64,000 nucleotides of DNA from positions 8,041,929 to 8,105,928 of the forward strand of contig OZ037769.1 of assembly GCA_964035545.1 (NCBI GenBank). The letters run 5' to 3'. A program made the position numbers and the translations under genes. This stretch comes from Bugula neritina (lineage: Eukaryota > Animalia > Bryozoa). Below, piece by piece: positions 12,201 to 25,800 of this stretch; position 1 is the stretch's first letter, and each line of letters opens with the position of its first letter. Below the pieces are notes generated by a model. It had not been told where the DNA came from. It worked only from the letters and a program-made list of their open reading frames with translations, and did no database searches.

Positions 12201-15200
12201 ATGAAGACGAGGGTAAATATAAGGACGATCTGAAGTACAAAGATGAAGCCAAGTACAGGGAAAACTATAAGTACAAGAAAGATATGAAGTACAAAGATGA
12301 AGACAAGGAGGGTGTGAAGTACAGAGATGACACTAAGTATAAAGACGATGCTAAATATAGAGAGCACGCTAAATATAAAGATGATGATGATAAATACAGT
12401 GAAAGTTCCAAGTACAGAGATGATGTTAAGCATAGAGACAGTGCCAAATATAAAGAAGATTCAAAATACAGGGGTGAAGCTAAATATAGAGACGATGCTA
12501 AATATAGAGACGATGTTAAATACAGAGATGATGCTAAATACAGAGATGATGCTAAATATAGAGATGATGCTAAATATAGAGACGATGCTAAATATAGAGA
12601 CGATGCTAAATATAGAGACGATGCTAAATATAGAGATGATGCTAAATATAGAGATGATGCTAAATACAGAGACGATGCTAAATATAGAGATGATGCTAAA
12701 TATAAAGATGATGCTAAATATAAGGAGGGTTCGAAATATAGAGAAGCCGCCAAGTATCACGATGACAAAGTTGCAAGCTCTCGAGATGCTTACGGGTATG
12801 GATAGCCATTAAAGTTTTTGTCTATCAGAGTTTTCCATTCTTAACTTTGCATTGTTTCAAACATACTTCGTCATTCATTGTTGAAAATCTTTAGCAATTG
12901 TAGGAAATCTGATTTACGAGATGAACTGGAATCTAAGAGAGAAAGTCGCCGAGATTATAAAGATGACGTGAGAGATTATCCTCCTTCCGGTCAGCATGAT
13001 TACAAGCGAATGGATGAACCAGGGTATCGTAATTTCTGGAATCTTTACTGTTTACCATCCACTTAGAGATGTATTTTGAGAAATTTTTGTGTGGTAATAG
13101 CTGTTGTGTTGCTACATTGTAACGGCAGTATAGTCGTGCAGCATGTCTTAGTAACTGGCATTGTTTGGTAGGAGCAGACGAGAGGGTGAGCGTGACAGAA
13201 GAGATGACCGACATCGATATGAAGACAGGGTTGGTACACATTTAGTTGATTATGCTAAGTACGTAAGCTGGTATTACTTACTTCAATGCACCTACCTTAA
13301 GTGTGTCAACTTTACTGCAGCGACACATGTAGAACTTGTTGCAGTCTACAACTTAAATAATGGCGCACAGAGTTCTTGCTGCATCAAAATATTTGTTGCA
13401 TCTTCTTTAAATTTTACAAAAGAGTACTAGCTGACCAAAAACAGTTTCTATTGTCCTTCAGCTTTTCGAGCCTTGAGTTATTTGCAAATTAATAATGAAT
13501 GTTGACTTTTTATGTAGACTCATTAAATTCATATAGCTCGTGCAATGGAGGATTTGTTAGATCTCACCCTCTTGAGACAGTTGCAAGTTATGATAGAAAC
13601 TCAAATGTTGATGACAAAGATATTTTTAATATTGAGGCAGAGATGTCATTGTGCTGCCCCAGCTTTTACACTTGCGCCCATGATTTGTATTTTATCTTCT
13701 AAACTATTCATATTTGATAGAGAGTGGATAGATATCCAGACAGGGAGAAGGATGATAGGCAGAATCGATCTAATCGAGTTTTGGAGAGGGGAAGACGATC
13801 TAGTCCTGGTAGGCGACCTTCACCACCACATTCAAGGTCACCAGCTGATCAGAGAACTTTGAGTCCCTACAGCAGGTCTAATAATTTATTCTATTTTTGC
13901 TCAATGTTTTGTTAAAAGTTTTTAGAGCTGCCATTTTGTGGGAATTACTCATTTATTGAACTGTATATAATTTTCAAATTAGTAATAGACTGGTCAATGC
14001 GCAACATGTAACTTGATTAATAAGGTGAATTGTACAATGCATTCTTCTAATATATTTACCATTCAATTTTTACCGATCATCCAGATTGTTTACTGACCTT
14101 TTGCATCACATGTTACAGGGGAAGTGATTTTGGTGACTACCGTGACAGGGCAGAGCTGTCGTTGATTCCTGGAACAGAAGCACACTTTAACAGTAGATTC
14201 CGAGAGCCCCCTTATTATGATGGTCCGGACAGGGGTGGATACAGAGGTTTGCATAGCATCGCAAGCTGCTTATATAATCATACGCTTGCACCAATTCAAA
14301 AACTTCTGCATTTAAATTTAGCACAAATTTCAATATATTCGTTTTATGAGTTACCTTTTTAGTGGTTTGCTGATGTCAACTGACCGCCTTCATTGTATCG
14401 TGTTGCATTTCAGCCAGAGGCAGAGGTGGTCCCTACCCAGACAGGAGGCCAGATGGTGTTGTTCCTTATGACAGATATGGAGTTGCTCCATCACAAGGAC
14501 CCCCTGACCACTACTCCGGGCCACCTCCACATGCCACTGATCATTACAACTCGTCGGACAGAGGAAGTTACAGGAGTGGACACAGGGGAAGGGGCAGGGG
14601 CAGAGGTCGGGGCTGGGGTGGTAAGCTAATGTACCAAATGTGATCTCTCAAGATTATTGCTTTTTGTCTAAATTTTTAGTGGTTACATTTCACTACTCAT
14701 GTTTAGTGTGGCTGTGACTAATGCGTATACACTGTTTAGGGCATGGCTATGATGGGCCCCCTCATAATAGTCCATATAATGAAAAAGGTTATGGGGATGA
14801 CAGTCGATATAAGCGAGATCGCAGTCCTGATGACAAGTATTCTCCTGATAGGAAGAGATCAAGGAGAGATGACTATGATAAAAAGGGTGATGTTAGAGAG
14901 GTCAGTGGCTCATTTCTGCGTGCTTTGCATAGCATACTTATGTTATAGGATGCATATGGTAATTTTTGGAGTTGTTTGACTCACAGTGATTAATAGATTC
15001 TTTTCAAAATGACTTAGAATGAAGTTTTGAGACATTACTCTTGATAGTGGCATTGTTTGATGCCAACTAATAATTTACATTAGATATATTGATATGAAAT
15101 CGTCTTTGTTTATCTAGACCACTGTGCTCTACTTCTCTAACAATATAAACAGGCTATGTTAATGAAACAGTTATCCCTGTGTGTACATTTCTCATGTTAT

Positions 15201-17787
15201 GTAGTGGTTTACTCTAGTGTGATGTTCAGTGTTACTCTAGAGCAGGGCTGTCCGACAGGCGGCCCCAGGGCTGTATGTAGCCCCCTGCCTACATTTATGT
15301 AGCCCTCAAAGTATAAAACTAAAATTATTTTTCACAGGTGTATATGAATTAGAGTGAAAAACCACCTTTTAAATGTCTTATTTATACACATGCTACAAAA
15401 CATGTGGCCTGCATTAACTATTCGGATTTTATTGTGTAATGATTCATAAGAATTTGAAATAAAATAATTTGAAAAATACTGATACTATACCCGCAAGTTA
15501 AAGTGTACAATGTGACTCTCGCCACGAAGTATTCCTTTTTAGTAGCCCTCGATCTGAAAAGGTTGGACACCCCTGCTCTAGAGTGATGTTGAATCATACG
15601 ATCTTGCTAAATCCCATTGTTCAATTTAACCTTGGATTATATTAATTGCTTTTAGCGGAGGGCAGAGAGTGATTACAGGAGATCACCCAGGCCAAAAAGA
15701 GACTCAGAAGTTTCCGGTAGGTCTAGTAGTTGGTTATTGCTGTTTTCTTTTTCAATACATTTTCTCGCCACATGTTGTTTCTAAAATTAATAACATTGTC
15801 AGATTTAGCATTACACATTATAGCAGTTTGCAGGTCTGTTTCATATACTTTTAGAATCTATAACTGTCATAGTTATAGAATTGAGAATTAATTTACTATG
15901 ATCTAGTATTATTTGCATATAGAGCTAATGTATCCGATATTAGATATAACTAGGAAGTGATGGATAACAGTGCAAGTTTGTGTTGTCATTCTGATGTCTT
16001 GCGCTGCATTATTGTAATAAATAGTTCAGTTTTTAGGAATCTATTTAATTTTGTAACAATTTTAGTTTTTGATATTATATTTTAATGGAACTTTCATTGT
16101 AACTTTTTCTATTTTCAATTAGTTAGTTTTAGTTCCATTTCTCAGGATTTTCTCGGAACATAATTGGAAAAGTTGATACTTTCAATTATCAGTAATTTCA
16201 GGAACCATAAAAATGCAGCTACTATATATTAGTTCTTGTAGAATACAAAGAATTGCAGTCTTTCCTTACACTCTCAAATAAAAATGTTGGTTTTACTTTC
16301 TTATTACTACAGCAATTTTAAAACTAGCTAAGAAATATCCAATAATTTAGATTTAGAAAATATACCAGCGAGGGTATTTCTATTTTAAGGAATCCTTGAT
16401 TTGTTGTGTTATGTTCCTACCAGACTCGAGAAAAAGTGCTGCTCGAGAGAAGAAGTCATCGGAATCAACAGTCACAAGAGATGAATCTCAGAGCAAAGAT
16501 TCCGACAAGACAACAAATCAACCAGAAGTGGAAGTTGAGATGGAGGAGGATATTATTGAGAGTGAGGAAAATGCAGTTACAGGTAAATATATGGATGCCA
16601 ATAGCAGCTAAGGTAGTAGTTAAAAAGAAGTTCACAGGTAAAGAAGATTGTCTCATTGCATTGTTTATTTTCTAAATTTGCTGTACGTTTAGACGTAGTT
16701 GGTATTCTGGACATTGACTGGCAATCACTGATTTCACAAACTAAGGAGAAACAGTCAGCTGCGCCCGCTGGCTCTGATGTGATGGAGAGATTTGCTCCGT
16801 CCAATTTCTTCAAAAAAATTGGTATTTCCAAGGCTTTTGCTGGTGCAGAAAGATCTAAGGCAGTACAAGAGTTGATTGGTGAGTGCTAGAATAAATATTT
16901 TGCTCCAGTGGTATCTGTATTTGTTGTGCTCTAGCGTCAATGTGATTTAGGAGAATAGTAGCTCAGTACCGTTTGGTCATGTATTCTATACATAGTATTC
17001 ACATTATAAACACCGCTTATGAAATTAACAATTTTCAAGACACCTTCCTAATAAAATACGTCAAATAAAGCGTGAAGACGTAAACTTGAAACAAACTGTT
17101 TTCCACACCATATGGTTTTGAAGTTCATTGTAAATTATTCCAGCATTTCATGTAACTTATACACCATTTAGAATAGCCGTTGTGAAGGAACCCGACAATT
17201 TTTAAATCTATCATGACTGCAACATATACAATTGTATGTTGAGCAGATTAAACCAGCCTTATCCACGACCTGAATTTATAACCTACTGAAAAATCTCCAC
17301 TTGACTTAATCAGCTGCAAGAATATACTGTATTTGTTAATTTCACTTGGCCCTTGGGTTATATGCAATCTCAAGTGTCAATCTGAATTTACTAATTTACT
17401 ATTACAACAGATGAAAACCTAAAAGATGATGTAGCTGCCCTACATTTAAGAAAAGTAAAGGATGAGATGCAAAGAAGAAATGTACTTAGCAGAGTGGGAC
17501 CCAACAGAAAGGCCCTGTGCGCACGCTATGACCTTGCTATGCGAAGACAGTTCAACTTCTCCAGTGCCGTGAGTTGCACCAAATGCTCGAGTTGCAGCTC
17601 ACCTATTTGCTTAAAAGAAAGTCTTGCAATGACTAAAAACAGATATCAAACAGTTGTATTGTTTACTTTTTTATAGAATGAAGTCACTGTCACACTGGAG
17701 CCTCCATCTAACATTGATAAAGATTTATTAAAACAAGGATTTAAGTTGCTGGCCCTCAAAAGTGAACCAGTAGCAACTGCAAGTTAA
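6231..17787 (+). CDS. ZC3H13: Zinc finger CCCH domain-containing protein 13 (Flacc/Xio; m6A writer accessory subunit), multi-exon
   Basis: N-terminal KSSVFERLG (exon 6231-6345); C-x8-C-x5-C-x3-H finger CKFLFKNDFCNYGDNCIFYH (~6893-6952); long RS/RD/K-rich middle; conserved C-terminus ILDIDWQSLI...ERFAPS...IGISKAFAG...GPNRKALCARYDLAMRRQ...IDKDLLKQG; stop TAA 17785-17787. Confidence 0.9.
8790..9062 (+). repeat. 55-bp intronic minisatellite (~5 units) that includes the splice acceptor
   Basis: Acceptor-like TAG ends at 8831, 8886, 8941, 8996 and 9051; each is followed by a copy of the first ~11 nt of the exon. Confidence 0.9.
12215..12765 (+). repeat. Coding 18-bp tandem repeat encoding (KYRDDA)n in ZC3H13
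   Basis: Unit AAATAYAGAGAYGATGCT; near-perfect core ~12482-12720 with degenerate flanks. Confidence 0.95.
15243..15575. mobile_element. Non-autonomous hAT (Charlie-like) MITE in a ZC3H13 intron
   Basis: TIRs CAGGGCTGTCCGAC / GTTGGACACCCCTG; 8-bp TSD CTCTAGAG at 15235-15242 and 15576-15583. Confidence 0.93.
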
Positions 17788-18302
17788 TTGTGAATAACTA
17801 CGTGTACAATATCTATCACTATGTGTAAACAAACACCAGGACTAAACCAAAATAGATATTGTATTGCTAATGTATTGCTAAATGTATTGATTTTGTACAT
17901 AGATATGTGTAAATCTTTACAGTAAAAAAGACTTCATTTACATTTGTATTTGAAGTCAAAAATATATATTGAATATGATAAAAGTAAACACCTGTACAAA
18001 TCTCTAGCTTTACAACATAAATAACAAGTACAATTGAATAATTGTTTAGCAGTAAGTCCCAAGAAATTTGAAACCATCACTTTTACTGATGATGGTTGTA
18101 GTCCTAAACTTTGGAGTTGTCTAACTTGGATAATCTTTGTAACTCAGTCCCAGTTAATGGAGAACTATCAAACAGGGTCTTAAGCTTTATACTCTGGGCT
18201 ACTAATTAGGAGCAAATTATTCGTATCAAATGTTGTTTACATATATCATCTGTTCGACGCTGTTCACCAGTTTTTTATTTTGCTGATGGCACTATAACGC
18301 CT

Positions 18303-19392
18303 TCAGTCATCTTCATCACCAACTTCATTCTTGTCTGCAGAACCCACAGCCCGTGCTAGCAATGCACCATCTTTTAATTTCTCTCCTTGCAGTCTTTCAC
18401 CTATTAAAAAGTACAAGTCACAGCAAATCACAAAACAACAAACAGTAGCACACATCAACAGGAGGGTAAATTTCTAAGTGAATTTGTACATACGAATTAG
18501 CTCAGCTATGGCTCGCTGTGTCCTCTTTTCTAACTTTTCAAGTTTTTTAGCAACATCTCGACGCAAATCCCAATCTGGTTTCCGAGGAGCAAGAGATGCT
18601 AAATCTACTTCCTCAATAATGGGTTGTGGTTTGCCTGATTCTAGTTGATCTTGAACTTTGTCAGCCACTAGCAATGATAATTTTATACTTTTTGGTATAA
18701 ATATACAGGCATTAAACAGCATAAACTTATTTTTATGTTGAGAAAATAGTCCAGGTAATAAAGCAAGTAAAACTGCTAAAATATGGTTAAACTTAGAGTT
18801 TATAGATGAATACACAAATGGAATACAATCATATTTTTCATTATCACAATGAAGTGTTATAGTGTTATCCACATGACATACAAAATTATCGTTGATCTAC
18901 AGACTAAATGCTATGTACTTGGTATCTTTTGGCAGACTTAAAAATTTTTTTTTTGAAGTTGTCACCAATGAACTAAAAATTTCTTATAGTTAGTAATAGT
19001 TATAGCGTTATTCAGTTCAATGGTGGTCACAGCCTAAGACATTGATTCGGCCATTTCAAATAAAAATGAATACCAAACTGTGAATGTACCTTCTACTGGC
19101 TCTGGGTTAGGTATGGTGTTTTCCTTTAGTTTTTCATCTAATGGTTTATAGCTTCTAAAGACAGGCCTATAAATAAAAAATGCATTTTGAATGAATTGGC
19201 ATGAACCAAGAAAGGATATATATTTGATTGACATACTAGCAGAAAGCTATTTATGTACTTAGGTAACGCTGCATCAGTTTGTCCACCATCTGTAAGTTCT
19301 TCAACTGTTTTACCTTCCTTCTTTGCCCGGAGTGCTAGAAGACGTTGTTTCCTTTTCTTTGACTCTTCTTCCAAAGATCCCACTGCAGCCAT
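18303..19392 (-). CDS. CCDC12: Coiled-coil domain-containing protein 12 (Cwf18 splicing factor), 4 coding exons
   Basis: MAAVGSLEEESKKRKQRLLALR...FRSYKPLDEKLK...EEVDLASLAPRKPDWDLRRDVAKKLEKLEKRTQRAIAELIRERL; stop TGA 18303-18305; ATG directly preceded by a splice acceptor. Confidence 0.93.
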
Positions 19393-19739
19393 TCTAAGAC
19401 AGAAAATATCAAATTATAATAGCATTATAATACTTAACACATCCAATCAGTATGTATGAATACTCTTTTTCCACTCTGCATCTGTCAGAGATATAAACAG
19501 TTGCTGTGAGAGTGGCTCAGCTTTTTGACTGAGGTTGAACTTTTAAACTTCCCCTCTAGCATTCCCGTCTTCCTTGTAATTTCCCTCTCCTCCTTTACCA
19601 TTCCCCTCCTTCCTTCTTTTCTACCACTTGACACCTTACCCTTTTTTTGTTATCAAGGGACTCAAGAGGAACAACACAAACTGATCAGCAATAAAAAACT
19701 AATACAGAAGATAAACTCTAAAAGTTTGACTTCAGCTTC

Positions 19740-20150
19740 GCAAATCATTGAAAGTTTTGATATGGAGGTTCGATATGAAGAAGTCACTCTATCAGGCTAT
19801 TGAAAAAAAGTGATCTCGACCCATTTATTGCCAACTGAATACGAAGCTTCCTGGCTGGCAGAAGCCAAATGTTATGAACAAAGAAACGAACTCTTTTAAA
19901 CTACGTGAAACATATAGGGTCCTTCAGCGGCCAGTCCTAGAGCCAACACTTTTCTTATTCTACATCAATGATATTTCTCAATCTGTCTAATGCAAAGTCA
20001 ACCTATATGTAGAAGACACAATTGTATATGCTGAAGTTGACAACGAAGTCCCAAGACAAGCTTTTCAGAAAGACCTAGACTCACTTTGTAACTGATAGTT
20101 TAAATGGTAAATGCCATATAACACTAATAAGTCCGAAGTGGTCATATTTG
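19740..20150 (+). pseudogene. Degenerate non-LTR (CR1/L2-like) reverse transcriptase fragment
   Basis: VLQRPVLEPTLFLFYINDISQSV*CKVNLYVEDTIVY is a decayed form of VPQGSVLGP.LFL.YIND...LYADDT. Confidence 0.8.
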
Positions 20151-20829
20151 GGAAAATAAAAACACTTGTTGACACTACTTTCAAAACCTTTCTATAACTA
20201 CTATAACTATGAGTATAACTCTAAGTCTAAGAAACAACTATTAACCATTTCTGTGATTTCTGTTACTGGCCCCGTATGAATTAAACCAGGATTTCCAAAC
20301 GCAGAAGTTTATTGGTTATACTTGTTGGTAAACTTGCTGATAAATTCTCTGATAAACTTGCTGTGATAAACTTGCTGGTAAAAACTCTTGGGTCCTTCAT
20401 AAACAGTGCCAGTAAATAATATATTGTCAAACCAGTAGAAGAATAAAATAACAAGTACAGTTTTGTTAAAGAGTGCTGCCAACTGATTGTATTAAGTTTG
20501 TAAAGTGTTTATATACTCTGGTTGTTGTTACTGCACCAGGCAAAAACATATTGCATAAACGACTATTGTCCCTAAGAATTACCACAATGATTGTGTCCCA
20601 AAACATAGTAAACATTCACTAGGTAGCCTCAGGGTACCAACCTAGCCCGTACAGGTAGGGCAAGAATGACAGCCACCCCAACCACAATGACCTAACCACA
20701 AATCTAATAGTCAGCACAAGGCAGATGAGTAATGCCTGCTGACGTATGTCACCTAAACATAAATAGGAAGTTAATGGGGTCAATAGTTATTTATAGTGGG
20801 CAACACACAACCAGTTACAATTTCAATAA

Positions 20830-21850
20830 CTAAGTCTTAGAGTAATAGTAATAGTTATACTTATAAGTTATACTTATACTTATAGTTTTAATAAATTTGA
20901 TATGATTATTATTATATTATCATTTATATTTATATTAGTATTAGTATTTACTATTACTATTAGTTAATTATTAATAATATTATTAAATTAGTATACCTGT
21001 AATGAGCCTGTATTATGTATAACATTAACTGTAACTTGTAAGTATTGGATTATCTTAATATCAAGATGAAGATGAATAATATTTTGGTATTAAAATAGTC
21101 CAGTACAGATACTAATAGTAGTAGTAATACTGATGGTAATTTAATAATAATACTAATAATAATAGTAATGGTGAATCAATAGAAAAAGTAGATATTAATA
21201 ATAATAAATATATATTAAAAGTTAATACAAATTGAGTATAACTATAACACTAACGGTATGACTATAACAGTATAAAACTAAGTAAAACTGTATAATATAA
21301 ATATTAGATAAAGATTTAGTCAACTGTCTTATAGTAGATGTAGTAGTACTAGTAATTGTAATACCCATACTGATATATTTAGTTATAACATATTCAATAT
21401 CAATATAACTAAATTTATTACGATTAGTATTACTATTAGTATAATATTTATCTAATAGTAATCCTTCTCCTGTTAGTGTTATGTCATTTTACTTAGTCTT
21501 ATACTAATACTTATAGCGGTAGTCATACTGTTAGTTTTAGACTTAATTTTTATTTACAATTATAATATATATAAGGTTACTGAATCTAATACTTATAGTT
21601 ATTCACAATTCCATTACTATTTCTATTATAGTGATAGACTAAGTATTAGTATTACTATTACTATTAGTATTACATTTACTATGACATTATGATTAAACTT
21701 AAAGTTAATGATCAACTATAACTATAAGTACCTACTAAAGTAGTGTAACTAGTATTTTTCATTTTGCCCTATGTTTATTATTGATAGTTTATACTATAAC
21801 TTATACTTATGGCTATAAGCTATAGCTGCCAAACAAATAATGTACACTTA
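20830..21850. repeat. AT-rich low-complexity tract
   Basis: Dense TAG/TAA/ACT/TAT short repeats; no ORFs. Confidence 0.7.
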
Positions 21851-22867
21851 ATAACTCTAAAGTTTAATTGATATTCGTAGGTTAATTTTAGGTAATGCTT
21901 TTCAAATTTATAGGCAGTAGTTTGTAAAAATATTCTATAAGTAGCTCTGAGTTGGGGGTAACTGAGTAGAGTAGCTTGGGATTCTCGAGAGCTTCAAATA
22001 GAATTTATGAGCCACCCCATCGTTAAACTCGAGATTAAAAACTACTCTACTCAAAAACCCCGGACTCGAAGTTCTTTATAAATATCTTAATAATTCGTGG
22101 TCTGAATTTCACCTTGGCCTTTTAGAGAATATCCAAATTAATTTTGGTTAAATGTGTCGGTACAATCATCAGATACCCAAACAAATTATACTGCAGAGCG
22201 CACTGAGCTGGAATATACCTGGAGAGGCCAAGGACGTTTTAGCGTGGCCAAATAGTTTAGCTCCGCCTTAACATGGAAAACTTAACCACGCCTACTTGTT
22301 TTGCACACAGCAGTAGTAGTAAAATCCATTATAAATGCAAGCTATTAGAGCTAATAAATTAAGGAAAACACTAAAAAATAATGAAAATTCAGCACTGTGA
22401 AGCAGGAATCAATTATTTTGTTTATTTTACTTTTGGTATTTGTAATTTCATGACTAATTATCATTTTATGAAACATGTACCTCAAGTATATATGATGATA
22501 ACTTTAATAACCTAACAAATGCATTACATATTTATTGATTAGATCAACACATTAGTCAAAATGAAATGAAAAGCAACAGCAAAGCAAATTTCAGCCTTAG
22601 TACATGAAAACTGACAGTAAAGATAACAAGTATAAAAGTTTATAAATAATATAAAAAACAGATGGTAAAACACAGCTTTACAAAACAGGCAAGTAACAGA
22701 TTTCCTTAAACCTTTCAAAGTTTTAAATTCTGTTTTGAAAGCAATAAGAGATTAAAATAAAATTACAGAATAAACAAAAATTAATATTATATTGCAATAA
22801 CAATATTTGTGATTATCTAATGTTATAATATAAATACAATAAATATGATTAATTAACCACATCCTTA

Positions 22868-25800
22868 TTACTGGCCTCTAAACAGTACATTTTTGTTGCT
22901 ACATTGCCTGAAATTTAGTTTGTGCATAGCAATATTTGTTAGTTTAGCAATGTGGTGCTGGAATAAGTCATAATAAACTTCAATAAGCAAATTTAAAAGG
23001 GAGAAATGATGATTTTCAATGCCTAATGATGTTTCCATGGAATGTTGAGCAATTCCAAATATGTCATATTTACCAATTTCTTGCTTCACATCTATTTGTA
23101 GCTGAAGTAATTTCACGAACTTTTGGCCTTTTAGGTGTTTGTGAGTGCATAAACAAGTGGTAATAACTCCATCTGAAGGTATAGTAAGCCCACCATTGTT
23201 TTTAACATGCAATAGTTTTTTGAGCTTACCATACTTGAGACTGCAGCACTCCTTGTTCACTAGAGCTTGCCTGCACTCTAGACATGTTACTTTTCTTAGT
23301 GCCTTTCGGACAACCCACCCAGAGATGTAGACAACAACATTACCCAAAACAGGGCCAGCTAAAACCCTTACTTTTTCAGCAGGTTTTAACTCATCATGAA
23401 TGAAGATATCCGCATTATCTTCCTGAGAAAATGGTGGAATATAGCTAGTTGAAGCGAGAATAGCAGTTGTGTTATCTAATGGCTTAGAATTTCCTGAGTT
23501 GCCTGGATGTACACCACATCGGGTCACCAATTTTCTAAAGATAGACTGAAAGCCAGTTACAGATGGGTTATTATTCCATCCACCTAAAACAGATATTAGG
23601 TTGACGACTTTAAAAAAATGCTTGGACATCAATTGCCTGTTCACAATTAATGATTGGATTACGTTTACCCAGAAAAAATGATGTTTTTTAGAACACAAGC
23701 AAAACCTTGCATGCAATTAAGCCAAAAAAGTCATTTAATTTAAAAAATGCACAATTGCTTTGACACCACAGTTTTGGAAATTTTTGAAAATTCATTATTC
23801 TTGTTTCTTGATATTCAAAAGTTGATAAAATATACTTCATATTGCATGCATTTTAACCACTAAGCTCATGCAAAAAAATTCACTTTTCAACACAGTTGGT
23901 CCAGCCGACCATCTTAGTTGCACATATCAAAGCAAAGTGAAAAACCGAACACCTGAAGGAAAGAGATAAGAGAGTAAGAGAACAAATGAACATGTTAACA
24001 TAAGTGCATGCAGACTGGGCTTCATGCATAGCTGTTCAGAGCTATAGCATACCACAACGGCGAACTGCATTGAAGAAAAGCTCTAAATGGTCTTGCGAAA
24101 ATTTATACATTAGCAGATAGTCGAGTGTTTTAGGCACCAACAGTTTCTCCACCAACCCAAATACTGTGTCAATGGCACATACAAGTCCAGTAATACAAAC
24201 ATGTCTGTAAATAACATAAATAGGGACAGGCACATATTAGATCTGAAATATAAGCAATTAACACTTTCTTTGTTAATAGGAAATTTACCTTTTGGTCTTG
24301 TACAGAGGTATCCCTTCATTATTCTTTAGGCCTAGCAAATATTGCCGTGTATCTTTCAGAAAAGGAGTGATGACACTGATACCATTGAGATGTAAAGGCT
24401 GCTTGTAGCCTTTAGCTATTGCTGATCGACTATTCAGGATGTCAAACAACCGATCAACTCGCTACAGAAAAAGTAACATCAACAGAACATGGGACGATTG
24501 CAGTTACAGTATTTTAAAGAAATAAAGCCAAAAGCTGTAACAAACCCTATTTATACCAGGCTTACAGTCAACATTTTCCATCCATCTATAAAACATTAAT
24601 TGTTGTCACATGATGTAGTCAATATCTAAGGATTATTTTATTTCAAATGCTGATTAAAGAACATCTTACCGCCTCAGGGATCGTGGGGATGGGAGTGTCA
24701 TGTAACTTCTGAGAAACTCATAAGCCTTTGGTGAGTAGAGATGTAGCGTTAGTGCAAATTTTTGCTGACTTTCTGAGTATTTGCCACGGAGTGGAGTGAA
24801 TAGGCCATCAGGAACATCTGTATGGTAATATCAACTTTAGACAGAGTTTCAACTGAAAATGTCAAGGCGTTATTAAATTGTAAAATCATACCAGCAAAAC
24901 CTTTCAACTTTTCCTCCAATTCACCATTGATCAAACTTTTTTCTCTGACCAACTTGATGCATTCTGCAAGCTTCATTTTTGATCTTTTGGCACGTCTAGT
25001 TGAATTGCTAACTTGCTTCTGTAATTGGCTAACCTTTTCTTCTAAAAACCTAACTCTTTGCTTCAAAGCATCGGGAGTGGTACTATAGCAATGATCCTGT
25101 ATCATATGAAATTATTCAACTTTAATACAAAAATAACCAAATGTAGAAAAAATATATTATTATAGTATACAGCACAGCTATTTACCATAAAGTGGCAAGT
25201 AAATACATCAATATTAAGTCATAGTTAAATAAGCTATCTAATAACCTTAAGAACTACAGCTGCTGAAGTGTTCAAGCTCATTTTAGTGGTTTCAATTGAA
25301 ATCTCATCTTTTTCTTCAGCACGGCGACTAGTATGAGTAGTTCGGGGAGTTCTTTTTCTCTAAAAATTGAAATATACAGATGTGCAAGCACAATAATTAA
25401 TTTTATCATTCCAATGACTGTTGCATGAATATCAACTTACTATAAGTCTCTCTGGAACAGCAACCAATTCCTCTGCTGGAACAGCTCCACTTCGCAAACG
25501 CCGAGGTTGGCTTGTGCTTTCGAAAGAATCGCTATAAAAATGATCGCTACACAGTAGAGATCTTTCACTAGGTTCTTCTTGGCGGCGAGAAACTTTCCAC
25601 CAAACATTCCAACGACTGAAGTCCTTCTGCTTGTTGGGAAATCTAAATAAAAAAATACTGCACTAGCCAAAATTATTTACAAACTGATATGTTATGCTTT
25701 ATCAATAGTGCAACCTATTTAAACCATAAAAACATTAAAACTTTAGGTAACCGTAAAATCCAATATCAATCAACAGAAGATTTTCAATATTTATTAAAGA

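Noticed and set aside
8790-12765. CRISPR-like appearance of the regular repeats
   Set aside because: Pure tandem units with no unique spacers, no cas genes, and a eukaryotic context.
12176-12812. ORFs with YLASSL, MLNIET and SIFSII repeats
   Set aside because: Alternative frames or antisense of the 18-bp KYRDDA repeat; only the KYRDDA frame fits the ZC3H13 exon chain.
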